DNA of 64,000 bases from Candidatus Cloacimonadales bacterium (lineage in GTDB: Bacteria > Cloacimonadota > Cloacimonadia > Cloacimonadales > JAIOQZ01). The notes below the pieces were generated by a model. The model worked only from the letters and a program-made list of their open reading frames with translations. It searched no databases and was not told the origin of the DNA. The stretch is from contig CAXXTU010000002.1 of the NCBI GenBank assembly GCA_963662655.2, positions 2,432,001-2,496,000 of the forward strand, written 5' to 3'. Below are positions 1-10,340 of this stretch, one piece after another. Each line of letters begins with the position of its first letter. Position 1 is the first letter of the stretch. The position numbers were made by a program, and so were the translations under genes.

Positions 1-954
1 GTCTTCGAGTATGACGGATACACGTTTTCCTTTCCTGCCAATTTCTCCATTCCGCCCAACAGCTTCTGCATCGTCTCCGGCGGTTCGGATCAGAGCACCT
101 TCGAAAGCGATTGGGGAGCGACCGTCGAATGGTTCGTTCAGGGCAGCTCCGATCTGCAACTGACCTCCGGTAAACGCTACCGGATTCAGACACCTGCCAG
201 CCGTGCAACGCTCGATACCTCACCGGTTGTAAACGAAGGCCATCGAATCGTGCAGCAAGATGCCGACTACTGGCTTCCGCAGGACTCCGCCGACAACGCA
301 ACGCCGGGCTACATCGACAACGACCAGACATTGCCGGTGACACTATCGTCGTTCACCGCAAGCCTGACACAGAGTGGGCTGGTCTCCATCGCCTGGACCA
401 CGGAATCGGAAGTGGATCACCTCGGATACAACCTGTACCGGAATTCGGAAAACAATCTGGACGTAGCCTACCGGTTGAACGTCGAGATCATCACGGAAGG
501 TCAATCGGACGGAGCGGCTACAAATTACAGCTATTTCGATGACGACATGGATGGCGAAACCGAGTTCTGGTATTGGCTGGAAAGCGTTTCACTGGACGGA
601 AATATCGAGATGTTCGGCCCCATTTTCCTCCAGATAATCCAGCAGGAAGAACCGGAGGGCGAAGACGCAAGCACGCCCGTTACCAGCATTGTGGTTATCT
701 ACCCGAATCCTTTCAATCCATCAACAACCGTCAGTTATTTCCTCGCGGATGAGACGAATGTCGAATTTGCGATCTACAACGTGCTCGGACAGCGTATATT
801 CCGGGTCGATCAGGGAATACAGACCAAAGGATTGCATCGGGTAACCTGGGATGGCGTTGACGCCAGAGGCAGGGCGGTCGCAAGCGGAACGTATTTCGTT
901 CGAATCAATACCGGAAGTTCCGTGGAAATACGGAAATGCCTTTTAATTAAATAA
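1..954 (+). CDS. Secreted protein with C-terminal FlgD-Ig/Por-type sorting domain (5' part outside window)
   Basis: Frame is open from base 1 (VFEYDGYTFSFP...); 'LPVTLSSFTA...WTTESE..HLGYNLYR' module followed by 'YPNPFNPSTTVSY...SGTYFVR...RKCLLIK'. Confidence 0.85.
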   Translation, partial: VFEYDGYTFSFPANFSIPPNSFCIVSGGSDQSTFESDWGATVEWFVQGSSDLQLTSGKRYRIQTPASRATLDTSPVVNEGHRIVQQDADYWLPQDSADNATPGYIDNDQTLPVTLSSFTASLTQSGLVSIAWTTESEVDHLGYNLYRNSENNLDVAYRLNVEIITEGQSDGAATNYSYFDDDMDGETEFWYWLESVSLDGNIEMFGPIFLQIIQQEEPEGEDASTPVTSIVVIYPNPFNPSTTVSYFLADETNVEFAIYNVLGQRIFRVDQGIQTKGLHRVTWDGVDARGRAVASGTYFVRINTGSSVEIRKCLLIK

Positions 955-967
955 AGGATGGTGAAAC

Positions 968-3033
968 ATGCTATGGGACAGAAAAAAAATCAGTATTCTT
1001 CTCCTGATGTGCCTTACGATTGCCTTCATGCACGCCCGAAACTACACAGGAAGGCTTTACGTCGAAGTGAAGATGAAGGAGCTCTATCGCAACGGAAGCT
1101 TGGAGAGAAAACACGAAATAAACCGAAATGCTCCCTCAATGGAGTCACAACTTGTGTATCTCTACTTCGAGAAGAAACCGAATGACACTTTTTTATCCGG
1201 CTTGAAGAAAGCGGATGTCGAGGTTTTCGAGAACTCCTGGCGTCCTCCGAACGCGAGACATCCCTGGGGATATTACACAGCCAGAATCCCTGCGGCGCTC
1301 TCGATGCTGAAACAACTGGATGCATTCCCGCAAATCAGGGAAATCCGTACCGCCGAGGGGCAAAACCAGCTCTATAACGACAGAGGTCGGCTTGAGACAG
1401 GCGCCGAGATTCTTCAGGGAGATTCCTGGGGACTGGACGGCGAAAGTGTGCGCATCGGTATCATCGATTCCGGATTCGAAGTCGCGAGTCTCGATCTCAA
1501 TCAGCCGGAAGCGGGGATTGATTACAGCGCATATCCCGATAGCGATTACACGATATCCAACGCAAACACGGGAACCGGGCACGGAACGCACGTCGCCGGT
1601 TCGATCCTCGGCCTGGGCGTGAACTCGAACAGCGTATGGCGGGGAATGGCTCCCGGGGCGGAATGGTGCGCTTACAAAGTCATGACGGACTACACGCATC
1701 TGATCACGGACGCGGCGCTCAATCAGTCATACTGGACGGCATGGTACCGGCACAACTGTGACATGCTCAACGTAAGCATCGGAGGATGGGACAATTATCA
1801 CGACGGCTCAGGAGCTCTGGAGCAGGTTATCGATCAGATTTCCGAGGACGGGTGTGTTGTTTTCCAGTCGGCTGGAAACGAAGGCAACGACGACCGTCAC
1901 GCGATGGGCACGCTCGCGGGAGGCAGTTCGGAGTTTGTCGCGATAAACATACCGGATACCACGTCCAATCGTGGAACCTATCTGATCAACCTTGTTTGGT
2001 ATGATAGTCCCGACACCACGATTCAGCGCCCTATGACGCTGAGTTTTTACAATGAGGAGATGGAACCCATCAACCAGATATGGCAGGACATCGACGACAT
2101 GACGCAATCTCCCCGTGGAACGCAATCCCGTTGGGGATCCGTTATTCGTAACGGAGACAATCCATTTTTCGTGAAGGTAGAGAACCAATCGGGCGTCACC
2201 ATGGATTACCACCTCTTCAGCATGAGCAGCGGAGCGAAATTCGTGGAACCGGACACCTCCTGCACCATCTCGTCGCCGGCTGTTGCAGACCTCGTTGTAT
2301 CGGTTGGCTCATGGACCACGCGCAATCGTTGGCATACATGGAATCACCTCGTTGCCTGGACGGACGAAGTCATTGGTGAATGCTCGCCATTCTCATCTCG
2401 TGGGCCTCGCGTTGACGGAACCCAAAAGCCTGAACTGAGCGCTCCGGGAAGCTACATTATCTCCATCCGGGACGACGATGCATGGGGTTGGCCTTTCGGG
2501 CTCTGGACAACTGCCGTGATCAGTAACGCATACGCGGAAGGAGACTCGACGGGAGGTCTACCGGCAGATTACATCATCCTGCACGGCACCTCCATGTCAT
2601 CACCCATCACATGTGGGGCAGCTGCGCTCATCAAGCAATACGAACCCGAAATATCCCGCGACGAGCTGGTCGTGCTTCTCCAAAACCACGCACGGCTGGA
2701 TGAATTCACCGGAGATTTACCCAACGAGAAATCGGTTTCGGGAAAGTCGATGTGGAAGCTGCTCTATTAGCGCTCGTCGGAGACCAAACGCCGGCTCAAG
2801 TCCAAAACATTACCCTCGAAATCTCCGATGGGAATATCGTCTTGAACTGGGACGCCGTTCAACAATCGATCAACGGTGCCCCCATTTCAACCGATGGCTA
2901 CAGGATTTTCGCGTCCACGATCCCTTACGCCCCCACTTGGAACGAACTCGGAGAAACATCGCAAACGACCTTCTCCGTTCCTGTTAACTCTGGCTACAGG
3001 TTCTTTATAATCACCTGCTTAAATAACCCATAA
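968..3033 (+). pseudogene. Secreted S8 (subtilisin-like) serine peptidase with a 1-nt frameshift near the C-terminus (ORFs 968-2770 and 2731-3033)
   Basis: Signal peptide; catalytic motifs IIDSG, HGTHVAG, GTSMSSP; the conserved S8 tail continues in another frame after 'ccc aac gag aa|atc ggt ttc ggg aaa gtc gat' (IGFGKVDVEAAL). Confidence 0.8.
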
Positions 3034-3072
3034 ATGCCTCGGTTTTTAACCATTACTCATGGTTCAACCTCA

Positions 3073-3107
3073 GAAAAAGGTCGCGAATTTCTTTCGCGAC
3101 CTTTTTC
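3073..3107. terminator. Rho-independent terminator, potentially bidirectional
   Basis: GAAAAAGGTCGCGAA-TTTCT-TTCGCGACCTTTTTC, 40 nt after the stop. Confidence 0.8.
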
Positions 3108-3122
3108 ACACTCGCTCGCAGA

Positions 3123-3311
3123 GGTGTGAGCAGATTCGTTCCATCCGCCTCCCAACGGGGTGTTTCACAGCTATTTTCGGCTTTGACGCAGTTAAAACGA
3201 AAACCTGAACGTTGTGATTTCGTTCCTCGAAATCATGTTAGTGGGAAAATAGGCTGTGGTATATCCCCGTTGGGAGGCGGATCGGGCGAAGATGCCACAC
3301 CGGTATGCCAT
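3123..3311 (+). repeat. Dispersed hairpin element, copy A (longest)
   Basis: Perfect 18-bp stem 3143-3160/3265-3282; homologous to 36383-36517; its loop is homologous to the reverse complement of 14291-14360. Confidence 0.8.
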
Positions 3312-3423
3312 CGACTGAAAACCTGAATCTTCTCGAGGAAGCTACCTACCCAAAATGATTTCCTTGCCGCGTGCGATCAAAGTTTTATTGTTGGTACAGA
3401 ATTTTCTACAGGGGATTTGCAGC

Positions 3424-6312
3424 ATGGAAATGCAGGAATTGAAAAAATGGTATGGCAAGGTAAAATTCGGAGAGGATAACTTCTATCGTCTCATGCAAAA
3501 CCGCGTGCGGGAAATCCTGCTCGTCGCGACATTCTACGACGCCTTTATCTTCGAGCAGGACGGCAGACTATCGGAGCAGATATACAACGAATATCGCCAA
3601 CTCCAGCTCAGCACCGCCCCACGCATCACAAGCGTTCCCACTGGTAAACAAGCGCTCGAAATGCTGAATATACGCCAGTTTGACCTTGTGATCATCATGA
3701 TGAGAACCGGAGACGTAGGCCCCTTCGAGCTCTCCCGGGAAGCAAAGATGCTCTATCCCGAACTCCCCGTCCTCCTGCTGCTTAACGTCCAGTCAGATAT
3801 CGAAATTATCCAGCGTTACCCCGAACGCTTGCAATACATCGACGATGTTTTCCTGTGGAATGGTGATACATCCATCTTCCTCGCCATGATCAAATCAGTG
3901 GAAGACAAGCTCAACATCGAGCACGACACCAAGCAGGGATTGATCCGCGTTATCCTTCTGGTGGAAGACTCTATCCTCTACTATTCCAGATTCCTGCCAC
4001 TCCTCTACAAGCTGATCCTCCGCCAGACCGGCAGGCTTATTGAAGACGAACTGAGCGACATCGATAAACGCCTTCGTATGCGTGCCCGACCAAAGGTAAT
4101 CCTGTCGCACACCTACGAAGACGCCGAGAAGATGGTGGAGAAATACCACGACAACCTGGTCGCAGTTATCTCGGATGTCCGTTACCCACGCAATGGCATA
4201 TTGGACGGCAACTCGGGCTTCGATCTGATCCGCCTGGTGAAAAACGACCCCTTCGATATTCCGGTTATCATGCAGTCCTCAGAACCGGAAAATGAAGTTA
4301 TCGCCAAACAACTCGGGGCCGATTTCCTCTCCAAAAACTCCCCGACATTGCTCGACGATTTGCAGCACATCACCATCCGCGACCTCGGATACGGCGATTT
4401 CATCTTCCGCAACCAGCATGGTCACGAGATCGGCCGCGCATCCAATATCGTCGAATTCGAAAAACGCTTGCAGGAAGTACCCGACGAGACGCTTGTATAT
4501 CATGGTATGAGAAACCATTTCAGCGCCTGGCTCATCGCCCACGGGGACATCGACCTCGCAAGGCAGATACAGCCGATAAAAGTCGGCGATTTCTCTGACA
4601 GACAGCGCATGAGAGATTATCTGCGGGATATCTTCCACGTCGCGCGGACATACCGCGACCGGGGTAAAATCGTTCCCTTCGCACCCTACAAGATTGATGA
4701 CAAAGACCAGATCCTCCGTCTCGCCGATGGATCGCTGGGAGGAAAAGGACGTGGACTCGCCTTCATGAACGCGATCCTTGCGGTTACCGACATCTCGTCC
4801 AAGTATGAGAACCTCGATATCCGCCTACCCCTGACAATGATTATCGGCACCTCCGAGTTCGACCGGCTTGTCGAACAGGCTGAAATCGAAGATTCCATGC
4901 ACGAGGAAGAAATCCGGTGCTCCATCATCAATAGCGAGCTCTCCCCGGAGCTTATGGATAACCTTCGCTCGATCGTCGAAAACATAGACGAACCGCTGGC
5001 CGTACGATCCTCCGGCTTGCTCGAGGATTCCCAGGCAATACCCGTGGCGGGAATCTATAAAACCTGCATGATCCCTAATTCACATCCCGACAGGGATATC
5101 CGTCTCAAGCAACTTGTCTCCGCGATCAAGCAGGTCTTTTCATCCGTTTTCACTGCAACGACGCATAAATATTTACACAGCCTGCATTACCGCTTCGAAG
5201 AAGAGAAAATGGCAATCATCATCCAGAAGGTTGCGGGGCAAAACCACGGCAGCTACTTCTATCCAGCCCTGACAGGCTTTATACAATCGTGGAACAGGAC
5301 GCTCTGCACGACCCAAAGGAACGCCGACGGAATCGTTGCTTGCGTTGCGGGACTGAGCAGCGATGACGATCGAACCGCTCCCCATTTCTTCTTCGTTCCG
5401 GAGAAAACCGACAGGCAAATCGACTGTCGCGAATTCCCCTGCAACCGTTTCCAGGCAATCGACCGTTCTCCCAATAACCTCTCGGCGGAATCCTCCGAAA
5501 TCAGGATGATGGAACTCGACTGCGATCTGTACGCCTACAAACAACGCCTTAACTGCATCGAGAAAGACGGAAAGCCGTATTTGAACGCCCAATCCTTCAT
5601 CGAGCAGAACAACATCGCCAACGCGCTTTCGGACATCCTTAAGCTCGGGAAAAAGGCCCTCGGAATGCACACGGAAATCGAGTTCGCGGTTGACATCCCC
5701 AACGATCCGAATCGGAAAAACGTCCTATACATCTTGCAGATTCGCCCGATGCCGATTTTCAATGAAGAATCACCCATCGATGTGGAGACTCTACAGGAAA
5801 GCGACATCATTATCTCAACGCCCAACAGCGTTGGGAACGGCATTTACACACCCGTGCGGGATATCGTGTATTTACCGGAAGATCAGATCGACAATGTAAG
5901 GGAGGAGGATCTCAAGGAGCTGAATCAAGCGCTTGACGAAGACTATATCCTGATCATTCCATCCAGCTGGAGCAGCCGTTTTGATAGGAAACTTCCGCTC
6001 CTTCAATGGGTTGACATCGATCGAGTCCGCCTGATTGTCGAGATCGCCCCGCGCCCCATCGAAGCGCCGAGAAACAGGCACTTCATCCACAACCTTATCG
6101 CCATGAACGCAGGTTTCGCGACCGTCTCCTCCGATCAATCGAACACCGTGTTCAAGGAAAATCTCATTCGGGTATCGCCCATGGTTCGCAGATTCGGCGC
6201 GTTCGAGTTGCATCGTTTCATCGATCCCCTGGCAATTATCCTCGACGGCAGACACGGCTCCCTCACCGTGTGCAAGTTCCATCCGGAGAGCGTTGGAGCG
6301 TCGAAAAGTTGA
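3424..6312 (+). CDS. Receiver-domain-fused PEP/pyruvate-binding (PEP synthase/PPDK N-terminal ATP-grasp) protein
   Basis: ILLVEDS and VISDVRYP receiver-like motifs; SLGGKGRGLAF, AVRSSGLLEDS, IEFA, LQIRP PPDK_N motifs; start may be 3355 or 3424. Confidence 0.8.
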   Translation: MEMQELKKWYGKVKFGEDNFYRLMQNRVREILLVATFYDAFIFEQDGRLSEQIYNEYRQLQLSTAPRITSVPTGKQALEMLNIRQFDLVIIMMRTGDVGPFELSREAKMLYPELPVLLLLNVQSDIEIIQRYPERLQYIDDVFLWNGDTSIFLAMIKSVEDKLNIEHDTKQGLIRVILLVEDSILYYSRFLPLLYKLILRQTGRLIEDELSDIDKRLRMRARPKVILSHTYEDAEKMVEKYHDNLVAVISDVRYPRNGILDGNSGFDLIRLVKNDPFDIPVIMQSSEPENEVIAKQLGADFLSKNSPTLLDDLQHITIRDLGYGDFIFRNQHGHEIGRASNIVEFEKRLQEVPDETLVYHGMRNHFSAWLIAHGDIDLARQIQPIKVGDFSDRQRMRDYLRDIFHVARTYRDRGKIVPFAPYKIDDKDQILRLADGSLGGKGRGLAFMNAILAVTDISSKYENLDIRLPLTMIIGTSEFDRLVEQAEIEDSMHEEEIRCSIINSELSPELMDNLRSIVENIDEPLAVRSSGLLEDSQAIPVAGIYKTCMIPNSHPDRDIRLKQLVSAIKQVFSSVFTATTHKYLHSLHYRFEEEKMAIIIQKVAGQNHGSYFYPALTGFIQSWNRTLCTTQRNADGIVACVAGLSSDDDRTAPHFFFVPEKTDRQIDCREFPCNRFQAIDRSPNNLSAESSEIRMMELDCDLYAYKQRLNCIEKDGKPYLNAQSFIEQNNIANALSDILKLGKKALGMHTEIEFAVDIPNDPNRKNVLYILQIRPMPIFNEESPIDVETLQESDIIISTPNSVGNGIYTPVRDIVYLPEDQIDNVREEDLKELNQALDEDYILIIPSSWSSRFDRKLPLLQWVDIDRVRLIVEIAPRPIEAPRNRHFIHNLIAMNAGFATVSSDQSNTVFKENLIRVSPMVRRFGAFELHRFIDPLAIILDGRHGSLTVCKFHPESVGASKS

Positions 6313-6464
6313 TCGCCCAGGCAGGTCGCCGGAAATGATCTTGACATCCATATCCCTGATCAGCAAATGAAAAGCAACGATAAATCAGAGCGATGCAGGG
6401 AGTTTCATGCAGGCAAATACGAGCGCTAAAGACACAGCCATTACCTTTTCCACGGGATTGATTC

Positions 6465-7940
6465 ATGAGTGATCGCATCTCCAGAACCAGGGTTCTGGCA
6501 GTGGGTAATTTCTCGCGTCTATTCATCAAGACCGCTATCGCGTTGATACTGGTTCGCATCCTGACCAAAGAGGCTTACGGGAGCTATCGTCACCTGTTCC
6601 TGATCTATCAAACAATATCCTCCATCCTGTTCCTCGGACTGCCCCAAAGCCTGCTCTACTTCATTCCGCGGCTGATCCACAAAGACGACACCGATCTCCG
6701 GAAGGTTCTCACACAGACGTTGACCATCCTGCTGGGGCTTGGCGTCCTGTTCGCGCTCGGAACAATAATCCTGAGGAATCAGATTGCCTCGTTCCTGAAC
6801 AACCCCCAGCTGCCACCGCTGCTGGTGTTGTTTTTTATATATCCCGTGTTCATGTTCATATCTCAGTTCTATCAATCAGCGCTATTGGGATTCGAACGTT
6901 CCGGTAAAGCGGCATTCTTCGGCGTGCTCAGCGTCGCTCTCGATGCGGTTTTCATCCTGGGAACAGCGTTCTACACCCGGGATTTGATGTGGATCGTTGG
7001 CGGAATCGTCATCTCCGCCGTCATCCAGTGGATTTACGCACAGGTCGGTCTGCGTAAAATCTTCAAGCCCGATTTCCATTTCGACGGCACGCTCTTGAAA
7101 GAGCAGCTCGACTACGCTATCCCGGTCGGATTCGCCAATATCATCGGGCTCCTCTCCACGCAAATCGACAAGGTGGTGATCTCCAATTATTTCACGCCTG
7201 ATATCTTCGCTGTTTTCTCGGTGGGCGCCACGGAAATCCCCTTGATATCCGTGCTGATTGTAACGGTTAACAACATTCTGCTCCCTGCGCTTACGCGTAT
7301 GGACCCGGAAAAGGATCGAGACAAGATTGAGGAAATATACAGCGGCGCTGCCCGTAAAAACGCCCTGATCATCTTCCCCATCGTAATATTCTTTTTCATC
7401 TTCGCCAGGGATTTCCTGGTGATGCTCTACTCGGAGAAGTATGCATCAGCTCTGCCGTTTTTCAGGATTTATCTGCTTATTTTATTCCTGCGTGTCACAA
7501 CCCTCAGCGTGCTCCTGAAATCGTACGGCCTGACACGAGTTCTCCTGTGGTTCAGTATATTGACCCTTGCCCTGAACATCCTACTGAACATCGTTTTCAT
7601 CAATCTATTCGGGATCACCGGGCCGGCCTGGGCTACCGTGCTGATCGTATACATGATTTTCTCGTTCTACCTTTGGGTCATTTATCGTAAGCTCGGATTC
7701 AACCTCCCGCGTTTATTTTCTCTTAGAAACTTGTTTCGCACACTGATTCTCTCCGTTTGCATCGGCATCCCTTTCTGGTTCCTCATTCCGTGGGAACTCA
7801 ATCCCTGGATAAAATTCCCCGGGCTCTTCATCGTGTATGCTGGGCTGTTTTATCTATTCGGCAGAATATTCGGCATTGTTCGCGACTACGACCGGGACAT
7901 CATTCTGGATGCCATCCGTAAGTTCGGAGTGCGAAAATGA
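6465..7940 (+). CDS. Oligosaccharide flippase (Wzx/MOP family)
   Basis: Multi-TM protein; 'LVRILTKEAYGSY', 'QIDKVVISNYF', 'GITGPAWAT' motifs; coupled to a glycosyltransferase. Confidence 0.85.
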   Translation: MSDRISRTRVLAVGNFSRLFIKTAIALILVRILTKEAYGSYRHLFLIYQTISSILFLGLPQSLLYFIPRLIHKDDTDLRKVLTQTLTILLGLGVLFALGTIILRNQIASFLNNPQLPPLLVLFFIYPVFMFISQFYQSALLGFERSGKAAFFGVLSVALDAVFILGTAFYTRDLMWIVGGIVISAVIQWIYAQVGLRKIFKPDFHFDGTLLKEQLDYAIPVGFANIIGLLSTQIDKVVISNYFTPDIFAVFSVGATEIPLISVLIVTVNNILLPALTRMDPEKDRDKIEEIYSGAARKNALIIFPIVIFFFIFARDFLVMLYSEKYASALPFFRIYLLILFLRVTTLSVLLKSYGLTRVLLWFSILTLALNILLNIVFINLFGITGPAWATVLIVYMIFSFYLWVIYRKLGFNLPRLFSLRNLFRTLILSVCIGIPFWFLIPWELNPWIKFPGLFIVYAGLFYLFGRIFGIVRDYDRDIILDAIRKFGVRK

Positions 7941-9211
7941 GAAACGTCCTGGTGATCGCATACTACTTCCCTCCCATCGGAGGAGGAGGCGTCCAGCGCA
8001 CGTCCAAACATGTTAAATATCTGAGAGACAACGGATACAATCCCATCGTCCTGACCGTGAACCCTCGCTGTGTACGTAAAATCAAAGACCCGAAGCTGCT
8101 CGACGATATCCCGGAAGGAACAACCGTTTATCGTACGGCCACCCTGGATGCAGACTGGCTTTTCAAGCTGTTGTACGGTCTCAGGCTGAAAAAACTGGTT
8201 CGGTGGATGGTACAGAACGTCTTCGTGCCGGATATCCAGATTCTCTGGATTCCCTTCGCGCTTCGCAAGCTGAAAACGATCTTCAAGCGGCACAACATCG
8301 ACCTCATCTACGTGACGGGAACACCCTTTTCATCATTCTTCATCGGCATAAAGGCCAAGAAGAGATATCATCTTCCGCTGTTTGTCGATTTCCGCGATGA
8401 ATGGACATACCACGGTGAATACCTCGATCATCTACCCGCGCCATCCGTTCAGAGAAGAGAGATGCGCATGGAGGAGGAGGTTTTGCGGAACGCCGACATG
8501 ATGGCGGTTGTCGTTCAAGAAGTGAAAAACAACTTTGTCGAGCGCTACCCGTTTCTCCAGGATATACCTATCGGGTTGATACCCAACGGATACGACGAAG
8601 AAGACTTTGCGAACCAGAAGCCGGGTAACGCAAAGAAAGAATACTTCCACCTTGTCTTTTCTGGCACTTTGTACGGAAAACGCAGGAATGCGGGAATCCT
8701 CCTGCAGGCCATCCGAGAATTGATCGCAGAAGGTGAGATCGCAAAAGAAAGGATTCGCATGGATATCTATGGCAAGAATACCGCAGCCAATTTTTTGAAA
8801 CGCGGCGATGAAGCGTTTGCGAAAGTGCATGGATACCTATCACACCGAGAAGTGATACAACGCACCCTCGAAGCGGACATTCTCGTTTTACTGGTGAATC
8901 CCGGGCCTAATTGTTTGCCTGACTACCCGGGCAAAATCTCCGAGTACCTCCGCACCGGAAGACCGATCCTTGCCATCGTTCCCGCCGGAGGCTCGGCAGC
9001 CGATGTGATCGAAAAAACGAGAACCGGTTTCGTGGCGAATTCCGCGAATCTCGAAGAAGTTAAAAAGACTCTGCTGGACTGCTATCGCAAGTGGGAGAGC
9101 GGAACGCTGGAGATCGATCCGGATTGGGACAAGATCAAGCGCTACGAGAGGCGGGAAATGACGCGCAGGCTGGCGGGGATGTTCAACAGGTTTTTCGCAG
9201 AGGGTCGGTAA
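7937..9211 (+). CDS. Glycosyltransferase family 4 (GT-B)
   Basis: 'VIAYYFPPIGGGGVQR', 'DFRDEW', 'IPNGYD', 'PGKISEYL'; ATGA overlap with the flippase gene. Confidence 0.88.
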   Translation: MRNVLVIAYYFPPIGGGGVQRTSKHVKYLRDNGYNPIVLTVNPRCVRKIKDPKLLDDIPEGTTVYRTATLDADWLFKLLYGLRLKKLVRWMVQNVFVPDIQILWIPFALRKLKTIFKRHNIDLIYVTGTPFSSFFIGIKAKKRYHLPLFVDFRDEWTYHGEYLDHLPAPSVQRREMRMEEEVLRNADMMAVVVQEVKNNFVERYPFLQDIPIGLIPNGYDEEDFANQKPGNAKKEYFHLVFSGTLYGKRRNAGILLQAIRELIAEGEIAKERIRMDIYGKNTAANFLKRGDEAFAKVHGYLSHREVIQRTLEADILVLLVNPGPNCLPDYPGKISEYLRTGRPILAIVPAGGSAADVIEKTRTGFVANSANLEEVKKTLLDCYRKWESGTLEIDPDWDKIKRYERREMTRRLAGMFNRFFAEGR

Positions 9212-9362
9212 ATTCTATCGAAGAAGCTCTACGGAATGATAGAGAAGCACTTCTTCTTACCCTCCGGAGAATGAATCTACATTAATACACTCGAAAAACT
9301 TGCGCACAAGTACCCCCTGAAATACTGTGGTTTCGCTATGGGGGAAGGGATGAAACAGGAAT

Positions 9363-10340
9363 ATGGTGCGTTCAACAATGAAAATCGCAGACATCGATCG
9401 AATTCCGGAGATTACCGGGTCCTATATTATCAAATCAGGTGACCAGGCACTTTACATCGATTTTTCAGCTAACATTCGCAAGAGTATCGCCTACCTTTTA
9501 AACCACGATCAGACTGGTCTGGAGGAGCTTAGAAACAGCCAGAACACGCTGGAATGGCAAGCGGCAAAGTCGCTGTTTGAAGCGATGTTGCAAGCCAAAA
9601 CGGCGATTCTCGACGAACATCCGACACTCAACCAGCAAGTCAGGCTGTACGCCGATTACGTCTATCTCGGCATCGATCTGAGAAAAGCGCCGGTTTTCAA
9701 ACTGGAGGCATTCACGACCGGCAATCTGTTCTACCTTGGTCCTTTCCGTAATCGCTTTGAGCTTATGGACACGCTCTACACGATGAGCGAGCTGGAAAAA
9801 ACACCGGTCTGCGATGAAGCGGATCAACCCTGCTCCAGGCTCAAGAGGAAGAAATGTATCGCGTGGTGTTTGCATGACGAAAACCTCACGGAGATGCTCT
9901 TGCAGCGATTTCTCACCCCGAACGATGACTGGCTGAAAGAGCTGCGCCAGAAGGCGGAGCGGTTGATGGACGATCTTGACTTCTCCGAAGCGGACGTCCT
10001 GAACAAACAGACCCGTCTGCTCGAGACCTACTACGACAACCTTTCCTTCCTGCTCTGCACAAAGCAAATCGAAGGAGAATTCACCCAGGGCAGCAGCGCT
10101 TGCACGGTTCAACACGGCTTGCTGCAACGGGCAAAGGTCGATGGAATCGAACAAATCTTTCGGGCAAGCCAGCCTATTCAATACAGGGATAACGAGTTGC
10201 TGGCTGTCGACAAAACGGAATACGACGAACGACGTTCAATTTATTTGAGGTTTTTGCAAAAAGAACCTGACAGGATTGCGCAGTGGATTGAACGTGGTAT
10301 CCAAACAATGAAATCTATGATTCAGGAGGATAAATCGTGA
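9363..10340 (+). CDS. UvrC N-terminal/Cho-like protein with degenerate GIY-YIG domain, Cys cluster and UVR domain
   Basis: 'PEITGSYII...LYIDFSANIRKSI', 'YLGPF', 'CDEADQPC...KKCIAWC', 'LDFSEAD'. Confidence 0.65.
   Translation: MVRSTMKIADIDRIPEITGSYIIKSGDQALYIDFSANIRKSIAYLLNHDQTGLEELRNSQNTLEWQAAKSLFEAMLQAKTAILDEHPTLNQQVRLYADYVYLGIDLRKAPVFKLEAFTTGNLFYLGPFRNRFELMDTLYTMSELEKTPVCDEADQPCSRLKRKKCIAWCLHDENLTEMLLQRFLTPNDDWLKELRQKAERLMDDLDFSEADVLNKQTRLLETYYDNLSFLLCTKQIEGEFTQGSSACTVQHGLLQRAKVDGIEQIFRASQPIQYRDNELLAVDKTEYDERRSIYLRFLQKEPDRIAQWIERGIQTMKSMIQEDKS

Noticed and set aside
3123..3311. Integron attC array
   Set aside because: Core sites deviate from RYYYAAC/GTTRRRY, spacers are paired, copies do not separate cassette-like genes, and there is no integrase in the window.
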